A program made the translations under genes and the position numbers. A DNA stretch of 61,952 nucleotides, the filler included, from Hausera hauseri (taxonomy: Eukaryota): the NCBI GenBank assembly GCA_046269625.1. It is 11 parts of 11 records of this genome, joined end to end, with 100 filler letters (N's around TTAATTAATTAA, not from the genome) between each part and the next. Parts side by side here need not be neighbours in the genome. Positions count along the whole stretch, not along the records: positions 1 to 8,309 come from JBJURY010690993.1; positions 8,410 to 13,787 come from JBJURY010267286.1; 9 more parts are not named here. One strand, written 5' to 3'. Every line of letters begins with the position of its first letter. The first letter of the stretch is position 1. The notes beneath the pieces are model-generated. The model ran no database searches. It was given only the letters and a program-made list of their open reading frames with translations, and had not been told where the DNA came from. This document shows positions 1 through 9,854 of this stretch, in pieces.

Positions 1-178
1 TCTTTCCTTGTAGCTCTGTATTGATTTTCCTATAGATGGTTTTTGAGTTCGGAATCCGCACTGTTACGTATCGATGTAAAAATTCGTCGATACTAAGTCG
101 ACTTGTTATTTCGTCATTGTCGATGCTAAGTCGGCTCGTGACTCCTTTGGCGTCGATTCTAGTTCGGCTTGGGTCCAT
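1..178 (-). CDS. Putative accessory ORF (partial) with 11-aa SRLSID repeats
   Basis: ATG at 178, open to the window edge (MDPSRTRIDAKGVTSRLSIDNDEITSRLSIDEF...). Preceded by a polypyrimidine/AG acceptor-like site at 201-215. Confidence 0.35.
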   Translation of the reverse strand, partial: MDPSRTRIDAKGVTSRLSIDNDEITSRLSIDEFLHRYVTVRIPNSKTIYRKINTELQGK

Positions 179-298
179 ATGGATCTGATTACTTACCAAT
201 CTAAAAAAGAAAACATGAAGGTTAATCTTAAAACAAAGGATGGTTTTAAACTAAAACCAATTCTTTGTTTGATGACAGAATAACCTGATCTGTAATTG

Positions 299-1703
299 TC
301 AGGTTATTTTATCATACGGATTTACGGGGTTTTCCAATTCCCTTGGTTCCCATTCTGAATTTTTAGGACTCCTAGAATAACAGTTTTTGGTAACTAGTCG
401 AAAAATCGCAATTAGTATAATGAGAACAAACGTTGACAGTACTGCAATAGATGCAATTGGTAAAGCAGTTAATCTTAGTGGTGCTCGAATAGTAATTGAT
501 GTTGTGGTTTTGTCGTCTATATCTTCGCGTGTATGCAGTTTCGCATAAATTTCAGCTAAAGTACGCAATGTAATTGTTTGGGTTGCTTTGTTCTCTGCAT
601 ACACTTGTATTATGTATTCAGATTGTGGTTTCAGTAAATTGCACTCTGTTTGATAAGTATTTTTAAATAGAGTTACCATTTGCTTATTATACGTGGTTCG
701 ACTTATATATATCGTAATTTTGTTTTTCCTCCACAGAGAACACATTCTTAGATTGCTGTGTGGAATATTTAATAGGTATGCCTCCTATTTTTCTCTTAGG
801 CACACTGCCTGTCGTAACGGTTCTCGTAATAGCATCAACTCGAGTAGTTGGTTTTCTGGTGGTTGTCTCTACTGAAATTTTCCAAATTTTATTTTCTGGA
901 TAGTAAGTTCGAAGTTGTACACTTGGTTTGTTAGGCCGTACTTATATAAGTCTAATTTTATCTTTAATTCTTGGTTTACGGGTATCTTGAAACATGGCTT
1001 TTTGCACGCCTGCTCGAATAGAGCAATATCCTATTTTCGGGGTGGGTCCAATTGTTGCTTCAAACATGATACTAATTTCCTGACTAAGAGTTAATCCTGT
1101 TCGAGCATCTACTTGAATACATTGTTTGTCCTTATTCACGGAGTTTCTCTGGATATTTTCGTCTAATATTCTTATATCTCGGTCCGTGGATCGTAACACT
1201 TCGTTAGGTTTTACTCTATTATGTCTGTTCCACGCAGGAATATCTAATTTGAATGGTGGCTTCGTTTCAACATAAACTTCGTATGAGTCTGGTAAGTAGA
1301 GACAATAGGTAAGGTTATACGTGTGTCCAAAATTTATGTCGCAACATTGCATATAGTCTCTAGGCTCAAAATCACAATTTTTCGCTTCTTTTGTGGTTAC
1401 GTCAAGTAAGACAATTTGAAATCTTCCGAAATCATGATGCGGTTTCCAAGCTTTAAATCCAGCATATACGGAGTTTGGTGAATAATAATGAATTGTCATT
1501 GATTGTAATAATTTAATGTCTTCTTGTATTTGGATTTCTTCGGCTGTTGGTTTCTTGTCCGTTTTAACAGCTTCCGATTTTGTTCCACTTTTCCGAATTC
1601 CGTATATATCTCCTAACGTAGATTCATCATGCCACCATTGCGCTTGTATTCTTGGGATATAGGAGGCAATTAGCGATAATGCTAAAACTATTTGAACATA
1701 TGA
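299..1703 (-). pseudogene. Type I membrane protein with fibronectin type III-like domain(s), in frame with the integrase C-terminus
   Basis: Signal-like YVQIVLALSLIASYIPRIQA, FN3 signature LLKPQSEYIIQVYAEN (weaker YLPDSYEVYVET), Thr-rich linkers, TM LPIASIAVLSTFVLIILIAIF and short tail ending YDKIT. One frameshift near 880-900 plus stops. Confidence 0.65.
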
Positions 1704-1759
1704 TATTGGTCTAGTAACTATTGACAAAGTTTTTACCTCACGTTGGCGTAAATTGTAAC

Positions 1760-3257
1760 GTTTGCTGGGTCCTATTTCTGTCTTGATAACTCTTTGTACT
1801 GACACAACTTCTTCTTTTCCATTCTTGTTGATATACACTGTGGTTGGCGTGACTCCGATGATTTCATATGGTCCTCTACCCGTACGAGTCAATTTTAGTG
1901 AGGTGCCTTTTTTGGCTACCGGTTAATGTACATAAACCCAGTTTCATGATTCCAGGTCATGTGGTTTCGCTTTTTTATCACATTGCTTTTTAAGTGGCTC
2001 TTGATATTCTTGAAATAATTCCTTGGCGATTTCCCAACACTTTTGTAATAGCGTCTGTAGTACTTCCGCAAAATTTTGTTCCAAATCTTCAAGACTGACT
2101 GGGTATGGCGTCATTCTTAAGTCTGTGGGCAACACAGCTTCACGTCCGTACATCGTAAAAAATGGCGTAAATCCTGTTGCTGGATGTGGCGTGGTATTAA
2201 TTGCAAATTGAGTTCATTCTAAAAATTCGTCCTAGTCTTTTTGGTCCTTGGCCACTACTGTAGATAGTATACGCATGACGGTGGCATTCATCCGTTCGAC
2301 CATTCTGTTATATTGAGGGTGATATGCAGTTGTTGTCAATCGTTCGATTTCAAATATCTTGGTAATCTTTTCGAAAAGTTCACTGGTAAAGTTTCTACCT
2401 CTGTCCGTTAGTATTTGGTCAGGTGGTCCGTATAGACAAATGATTCTTCTTACTACTGGTTCTGTTAAAGTTTCCGCCTTCTGATCGACCAATGCTATCA
2501 ATTCGACAAAATGAGTTAATCGATCAATACACGTTAAGATACACTTATTGTTCTTGTGGGTCGTAGGAAGAGATCCTACGATATCCATCGACATGGCTTA
2601 CATGGGCCTATCGGGCACATTAATTGGTTTTAATTCAGACACGTAGTTTTTTGTTTTCTTTTGTTTAGTAGCACATACTTCGCAGGCCAATTTTTCGCAT
2701 ATCCAATTTTTTACATCGATATAGATATTAGGCCAAAAATATTTATTCATTATTTTTTCTAATGTTTTCTTCCAAGACATATGTCCAGCTAAGTATGAAT
2801 CATGTTCTGACATCAGCACTTCAGTTCGTAAACTTTTTGGGATAACTATCAATTTTCTTCCCTTTCGTTCGTAATATAAGATGTCTCCTTCATTCCCGTC
2901 ATTTAGGACGCAGTATTTATGTCCATATCTGTGTAAATATTCCTTTAACTGTCGTCCTTTTGGTATAATATCTGTTTTGTCAAATTCTATAATCTGCTGG
3001 ATAACTTTATCTTTTCTCTGTTTTGTTGAAATCTTGATTGCCCTATCCACCGTCAACGCTCGTTGGCGATCTATTATTTCTTCAAGCTGGCTTTTCTTCA
3101 TTACAGTGATTGCGCTGGTTTTGGTCTTTAATCTAGACAACGCATCGGCGTCTACGTATTTATTTCCTGGCTTATACTGAAATTCGATGTTATATATAGA
3201 GATTTCTTCGATCCATCTGTTAAGTCTGCATGTTGGATTATTTGCTCGACCCTTCAA
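1760..3257 (-). pseudogene. pol: Integrase (HHCC zinc domain, DDE core, GPY/F tail)
   Basis: H..LAGH...C..C, DIVG, TDRGRNF, AYHPQ.N.MVER, MYGRE, then GPYEI...VSVQRV. Confidence 0.93.
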
Positions 3258-4450
3258 AGTTGTAACGGCCTTGTGATCAGTGACAATTATAATTTTCTGT
3301 CTGTATACGTAAACATTTAAATGTCGCAGTGCTTCTATTACAGCTGGAGTTTCCAGTTCGGTAACATATTATTTTTTCTCGGCCTTTTTCAAGGAACGTC
3401 CTCCATAAGCAATTGGGTGTTCTAGTTCTTCGTCTTCTCTTTTCTGCGCTAATTCATAACTAATGCCTTCCTTACTGGCGTCTGTCTTGATTATGAAATG
3501 CAAGTTAAACTCTGGATATCGTAAAACTGGTTAACTTGTTAATATCTTCTTCATCTCGTTGAAAGCTTTTTGTTGGACATCTGTCCATTTCCATTTAATT
3601 CCTTTCTTAAGTAGACGGTATAAAGGTGCATTAATTTTTGAATTATCTGGTACATATTTTGCATAATATCACATAGTCCTAACCAATGCCTCAACTCTTT
3701 CTGGTTTTGTGGTTCCATACAATGTGGTATTTTGTTCAATAACGACTTATCTGGTTTCGATCCTCCTTCTCCAACTATATGACCTGGGTAAGATACGGCG
3801 TTTTGGGCCCATTTGCATTTCTTCGGATTTAATTTCCATCCGGCTTGTTCTAGTCTCATCAGCGCATGTTCGATATCTTTTAAGTGTTCCTCTTCTGTCC
3901 TCGATGCTATAATCACATCGTTTAAGTACGCAAAAGCATGATCCAATCCCATTAACATTTTGTTCATCATTCTTGTAAATATGGCTGGTCCGGTAGTAGT
4001 ACCAAACGGCATAACATTAAATTCATAAACGCCATCGTAAGTTTTAAATGCCGCTTTATAGCGGTCTTCGTCCTCTATTTCTACTTGCCAATATCCAGAT
4101 TGTATGTCCAGAGTAGTAAACCATTTTACTCCTGAGAATCTATCCAGGGCCTCTTTTACTGATGGTAATGGAAAAGAATCTTTCATCATAAGATTATTTA
4201 GAGCTCTGTAATCGATACAAAATCGGTGCTTCGTAGTGCCTTTCTTTTTAACCATAAGGATAGGTGAGTACCAGGATCTATAACTAGGCCTGATTATGTC
4301 GGCTTTAAGCATCCGTTCAACTTCCTTTGTTATCTCAGGTCCTAGCGAATGTGGTGAAGGGGACCATTTCGGCATCTGATCCTCCAGATCTATTTCTTCA
4401 TTTAAACCAGGCTTTTTCTTGAGCGGAATGGTTAATTTTAACGCTTTTGC
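3258..4450 (-). pseudogene. pol: Reverse transcriptase and RNase H
   Basis: RFCIDYRALN, LDIQSGYWQV, MPFG, YLND (decayed YxDD). RNase H motifs KTDAS, HPIAYGGR and VTDHK read at 3270-3530. Confidence 0.95.
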
Positions 4451-4672
4451 TCTACCGATATCTCCTTCATCCTTAGCAATAATCGATTTATAGCGGCATA
4501 ATAGTTCATAAAATTGACAATAAGACTCGGGTGAAAACTTGGTTTCGACGTGAGGTGGAAATTCGGCGTATTTATAAGGTTTCTCTTCGATAGTTATCGA
4601 CGATACTCTATATGTATTACCTAGAGTAGTATAAGCATGGAGTTTGATAGGAGTTGGTGCACTGTTCGCTAT

Positions 4673-5482
4673 TCAAATTGGTACACGACCGGAGTGTACT
4701 GTCGTAAGTACGTTACTGAGCATTATATTTGGATTTAACGTTTCCTTTGGCTCGAAATATACTAGCTGATTGTCATCTTGCTGAATTTGTGCATAAATTA
4801 TTATCTTTGTTCTTGGTGGTATATTCTCGTCTACTGGTATCCATGCTTCTCCAAATTTTCTATCCTTAGCGTTTTTTACGCCTTTATTGGGTCTGATTTC
4901 TATTAATTTTCCTGTTTGCAAGTCGATTGCTATATTTGGTAGCCTCTTTAATAAATCGCATCCTAGAACGACATCGTCAGTTAATTGTTCCATGATTGCA
5001 AATTCATGTCGAAATGTTTCTCCAACTAATTGGACTTCTGGGTTTTATTTAAACATTGGTTTCGACGTTTGGCCAAAAGCTCCAGTACTGCCTGGATCTT
5101 TCGTATATGGCGAATATAACTGTCCTCTTAACGTGTGAGTTATTAAATCATTTTTGATGTAAGACATTTCGGAACCCATATCGATTAGTGCCTAAACTTC
5201 CCAATCTTCAATAATGATTTTGGCGAAAGGTCTTCCTTCGATCACGGTTCCAAAACAGTTTGATACCACTTTCGAATGTTTAGTCACAGATATTTTGTGT
5301 CCGTTTATTCTTACTTCTGGGGCGGATATTATGTTTCCCGAAAACTGCCTTAACTCCTCGTTTGGATATAATTCATTGTTTTCCACGTGCAATTCTTCCA
5401 TTTCATGAATACTAATTAGCGGTTCCCGATTGTTAGTATGTAATTCAGTATGTTTGAAGGTTTTAGCCTTGGGTTGTCCCAA
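4673..5482 (-). pseudogene. pol: Retropepsin protease region of pol
   Basis: GRPFAKIIIEDWEV*ALIDMGSEMSYI (D[T>M]G active site near 5180) and downstream VLGCDLL. Confidence 0.85.
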
Positions 5483-5922
5483 ACTGACGATCTCATTTAA
5501 ATATTGTTAGGTTCTTTTGGTGAGTATATCATCTTAGGGTCATCTGCGGATTGACGGTAACACATTTTCCGTAAAATTCCGTATCATTTTGTTCTTTCAT
5601 TAGGGTCTTCTACATTAATTGTCCTTTTATAAACTTCTGTCTGGTATGAGCTCATAGATCGTTTGTCACAATCTTCGTAGAATGGAGCGGTAGGGGGTAA
5701 CATGGGTAATGGCGCTTTAACTACAGAGTACACATTGTGTCTATTCATCCCTGGGAATGCTTCTCCTCCCTTAGGCTCGTCGTCATCTAAATCATTCCTT
5801 ATTGTAATAGGTTTTGTAATCTTTTGCTTTCGTAAGAATATAAATCTTTTTCTTCGTTTGCGGTTATGATATCCGACATGACGTTCTACGTCTGATTTCC
5901 ATCTACTCTCTTCATATGCCTT

Positions 5923-7755
5923 TCAGAATTTTCCAAAGGGCGTTATGATTTCAGTCAGGATTTTACATGAGAATCCGATCAGTGTAAATATTTCGTATCC
6001 GTTTATTACTGCTTCGATGACTGCCTTAATTATTTGTATCAAAAAATATATCGCTAAGAATCCGGATGCTGCCTGTCCGAAAATCAAAAATCTTCCCCAG
6101 ATTTTGTAAAGTATTTTGGTAGTCACTCTCTGATAGTGGTTCACACCAAGTAATGATTCCCACTTAGCCTGATATCGTGTTCGTTGTCGTGGAAAGGCGA
6201 GGAATTGTCTGAAGGCCTCGATTTCCTTTGGCCTGTATATACCTTTCGACGAGGTGTCTTGAAATTTATCGTCTGTAATTCCTTTTGCAAGATTTGTCCC
6301 TGTTAACTTGTTGGGAGCGGCAGTGATACCTCCATTAGGTAGACTAACCCAGTCTGTTTCACTACGTCTAAACATGGGTTCTCCTAAGCTTGCTTTGCAA
6401 TCCTTAAGAATGGTTGGTTGTGTCGCGTTATCCAACAACACTCTCGTCAACGGTGTAGCTAATCTTGAAGTACTCTGGTAAATAACAGGAAGTTCCTGGA
6501 TACAACGTTTTTCCTCTACGTTGATGGGAACTTCTCTCTTTTCACATTTATAGGTTAGTAATACTTCACCCGTAACTCGGCCGAAAATTCCTTCTGTCAT
6601 TGGAATTATTGGAGAAGCCAATTCCGGGTTTGCATATATAAGAGCCATTTTAGTTCTCATGATTTCGGTATTCAATTTGCAGTCATTCGTTATCATTTTA
6701 TGATATAATTCCGTTATTCCGATTTGTCCTTTATGGTAGAAATAATCGTCTCTATTTTTCAGGTAGTCCTAAATCCGGACATCTTGCGTTTCCAATTTGT
6801 AGGTCCTCGCGTTTATCTCCATTTCGGCTACAAAGAAAGCTTTGTAATTCGTGGCGAACATTACTACATCGCAACGAGTCATCATCTTTTTTTTTATAAA
6901 TTTTAATCCATGTGGATCTGAGATTAATATAGTAGGTGTAGGGTGTTCTGATACATCTTCGCGTGTCCTTGAGTTTGTCTCCGATTTATCCCCATACCGC
7001 TTTCCGGTAGTTTCATTAAACTTTAGCTCCTTAATTTTGATAAAGTTACAGCTTCTTCCAGAGGGAGGTTCCAATATTATAACTGAACTTCTAAAGGCAC
7101 ATGTTCCATCTTGTAAATCACATTTTTGATTCTCAGTGTATAACTTAATGACGCTATGGAACATTACCTACTTTGATTGCATTTCTGATTCGTAGAAATC
7201 CAAAACTACTACATTGGGTTCTAATCCTTTTCCGGTATCGTATTCTGCTCCATTACAATATCCGGTGTGAATTTTCAGCCTTCCAGCCACTACTTTATAT
7301 GCTCTTATTATATTTCCTGGTTGCATCTCTAAGTGCATACTGTCCCATTGTACCCTTCCGTTCTTTTTGGCTTGTTTGCAGTGCTGACGTTCTAAATTCA
7401 TTAGAATTAACGGAGTAGTTGGCTTAATTATGGAGAAATGTCCATGTATTAGGCCGCAGTGGAAGGTACTACGTGATCGTCTCAGCATGCACTCCATTCC
7501 GTCTAACGATATCAATTCTTGTTGTTGATATAGGAAGTAACTTTTCTCTCTCGTTTCCAGTTTGTGCGGTCTGGCATCCTCGCATACTTCCAGATCCATC
7601 AAGGAATATCTCTGAACTAATTTAAACTTATCGCAATCATAGACGGTTACCGCGCTTATATGCTTTATTAGCATCATTAGGGTAAGCAAGCTAATTATCC
7701 AATTCAATTCATTTTTCCGACCTCCAACGTCTGATGTTGTCCGACTACGCAACAT
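5923..7755 (-). pseudogene. env: Envelope glycoprotein, chuvirus G-like class III fusion protein (gB/VSV-G structural class)
   Basis: ORFs 7168-7755, 6769-7164 and 5923-6696 share one frame, split only by stops. Signal peptide WIISLLTLMMLIKHISA|VTVYDC. Cys and motif series YDC, FHCG, KCDLQDGTC, GEVLLTYKC, CIQELPV, TPLTRVL, GIY, then TM region FGQAASGFLAIYFLIQIIKAVI, matches my recollection of chuvirus-type glycoproteins. Confidence 0.8.
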
Positions 7756-8309
7756 ATCGTCGAGTTTATTATTGTTTCGTTTGTCTTCTTCCTTATCAAA
7801 TAGTCATGCCCAATTTACTTCGCAAGGAACTCTTTTTGCTGCTCTCCATGCTAAGCTTATAGCCCGATTGATTTCACTCTCTCGATTAGGATTTATTTTG
7901 ATAGCCATGTATAGCAATACTTTTCTCAATTCTTCATTCGCGTTTTCCACCATGATCTTTTCGATTACCGATTTATCAGTTGAATTGCTTTTCGATAGTT
8001 TAAAACGCGAGCTTCGCATCATTTTGGCTGCATCGAAAATTATTTTTTCTTTATCATCCAACACATCTCCTCGGAATCTAGAATAATTCACAATTCGTAT
8101 TAAATTTTTCATTAACTTGCTTAATTCTTCATTATCTATGCTAAGAGTTGGGATCGACATCTGTCTCAATTCTCTAATTAGTTCTCCATTGTAATCTACT
8201 TCTTCTCACAATTTTCTAGGTCTGCCTACTGGGCGTTTCGGTCTGGGACCTTTAGTGGCTGCTTCGCTTAGTGGTACTAAATTTATGTCGTATTGTTCGT
8301 TATCTTCGT
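7756..8309 (-). pseudogene. Region upstream of env in the same frame (probable gag C-terminus or linker) with an AT-hook-like motif
   Basis: Frame is continuous with env apart from two TGA stops; contains KRPVGRPRK near 8210-8240. Confidence 0.4.
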
Positions 8310-8409
8310 NNNNNNNNNNNNNNNNNNNNNNNNNNNNNNNNNNNNNNNNNNNNTTAATTAATTAANNNNNNNNNNNNNNNNNNNNNNNNNNNNNNNNNNN
8401 NNNNNNNNN
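8310..8409. other. Artificial contig-joining linker (N44-TTAATTAATTAA-N44, stops in all six frames)
   Basis: The same 100-nt linker occurs at 8310, 13788, 18687, 23374, 28422, 34871, 39918, 44332, 50028 and 57764, giving 11 independent contigs. There is a separate 10-N gap at 48750-48759. Confidence 0.98.
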
Positions 8410-8438
8410 AATACGGGTAGGAAATAATATTAACCATC

Positions 8439-8910
8439 ATGGAATTAGTTAATCAACTGAAGCAATTGCAAAATTTTGATGGATTATTAATTTCAGACTT
8501 AGTACGATGGTGACAGGTACTTTATAGTGAACTGGTTGCGAGAGCAGCAGGTGATTTTGGAGTTAAAGGAGATCTATCGTCAATAGCATTGATGACAGCA
8601 ACAGATTGTAGCTCTATAGAAAATCTAATTATTGTGTTAAATCAAGTGTACATGCACCGATTGTACGATACAAATTACTTTAATACTGTTAAAAAGGTAC
8701 GCGGTGAATTAACCAACTTGAAAGAGAAAATAATGAACAATGTACGAGATTGTCAGTTTATGTGTGTACCATGTAAACAAAGAAAAGGGATACGGTATTC
8801 TTAATGTGCGGCCATCTCGTTGTTTGTCAAATGTGTCCACCAAAGTAACCAACCTATGTCCAGAATGTAAATGTGCTATAATGGAAATTGTACACATTTA
8901 TTACGAATGA
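8439..8910 (+). pseudogene. RING-finger (C3HC4, IAP/MDM2-type) protein, Polinton accessory gene
   Basis: Across frameshifts it reads CVPC...DTVFLMCGHLVVCQMC..KVTNLCPECK..IMEIVHIY. Confidence 0.6.
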
Positions 8911-9153
8911 CTTCTTCAATAGCAGAACGAAACAGTGTCATGGGCTTCAATGACGTGGAGGTAACTGGTATCATTGTGATATGAGACAATACTCACAAAG
9001 TAAATGTCTATTGTTTACAATGAAAACAAATCAGTATGAACAAATTTGATATAAATATGGATGCAATTTCATTTCATGTTTGTCTTATTTAAAAATGTCT
9101 TTGGAAAACTATTCAGCAGGTGACAGTTCAGCGAGTCTCTGAAACAAACCACG

Positions 9154-9535
9154 GTACAGCGAATATTCGTTCAGAAATTCCCAGTTGTATAATTGATAAA
9201 ACTTACATTATTTGAGCAATGCTATTAAATTGCCATTGACGCAAACGGTCAAAATCAAACCGGTGAAATATGGTCTATTGATAAAAAAAATCAGCGCCGA
9301 TAATTTGGATACAATGAAAGACACAATTAGAAAAGTTGGCAGTGATTTGGTGTTGAGTAACGATATCCGAGATATCGTCGATTTTCTCAAAGGAAATAGG
9401 GCGAAAATTGTCAGTTCACATGGCTTAGTAACAGCAGTAGTTTTGCTACCGGAAGGAGCTAAAGGCTACCTGACACTGAAGCTGAAAGGATTCAAGGAAA
9501 GAGGTGGCGTCAAATCCCCAATATGGAAAATGTGA
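9154..9535 (+). pseudogene. Conserved small Polinton-associated ORF, convergent with PolB
   Basis: Clear homology to 54860-55250 (GLLxKKI..D..D.M..T..K..SDL.LS..IRD; EGAKG.L.LKLKG), with the same position relative to PolB. Confidence 0.65.
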
Positions 9536-9854
9536 AAGTTTACTATGATTTAACTGACTTTCTTTGTGTGCTTTGTGATTTTAGTTTTCCTCCGATCAAT
9601 AAATAAATGTATTCGTGTTACATATTTTGTTTTCTCGTCCAAGGTTATTGTTTTACTTTTACTTCTATCTTAATAATAATATGTAAAGTAAGTAACTGGA
9701 AACAAAACACAAAAGACACTTAGCAAAATACGTTGTTAAAATATACAACAAAAAATATACAACGAATAATTGTAAATGATTGTCACAGTAACTGAACTGA
9801 ACTGAACTGATTTGCCTGAACCCAGAGAGCACCGACTGTTTGGACGTGCGTTTA

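Larger units (their letters stand above)
1..8309 (-). mobile_element. Decayed env-bearing Ty3/Gypsy LTR retrotransposon (endogenous retrovirus-like); both ends lie outside the visible sequence
   Basis: PR-RT-RH-IN in Gypsy order on the minus strand, flanked in the same orientation by two membrane-protein regions. No LTR is visible. Confidence 0.9.

Noticed and set aside
299-330. NPxY internalisation motif in the FN3 protein tail
   Set aside because: The sequence is NPVNPYDKI, which does not fit N-P-x-Y; only YxxPhi is supported.
1-8309. Alternative genetic code (TGA read-through) explaining in-frame stops
   Set aside because: Stops include TAA, TAG and TGA, and frameshifts and catalytic-site mutations co-occur, which indicates ordinary decay.
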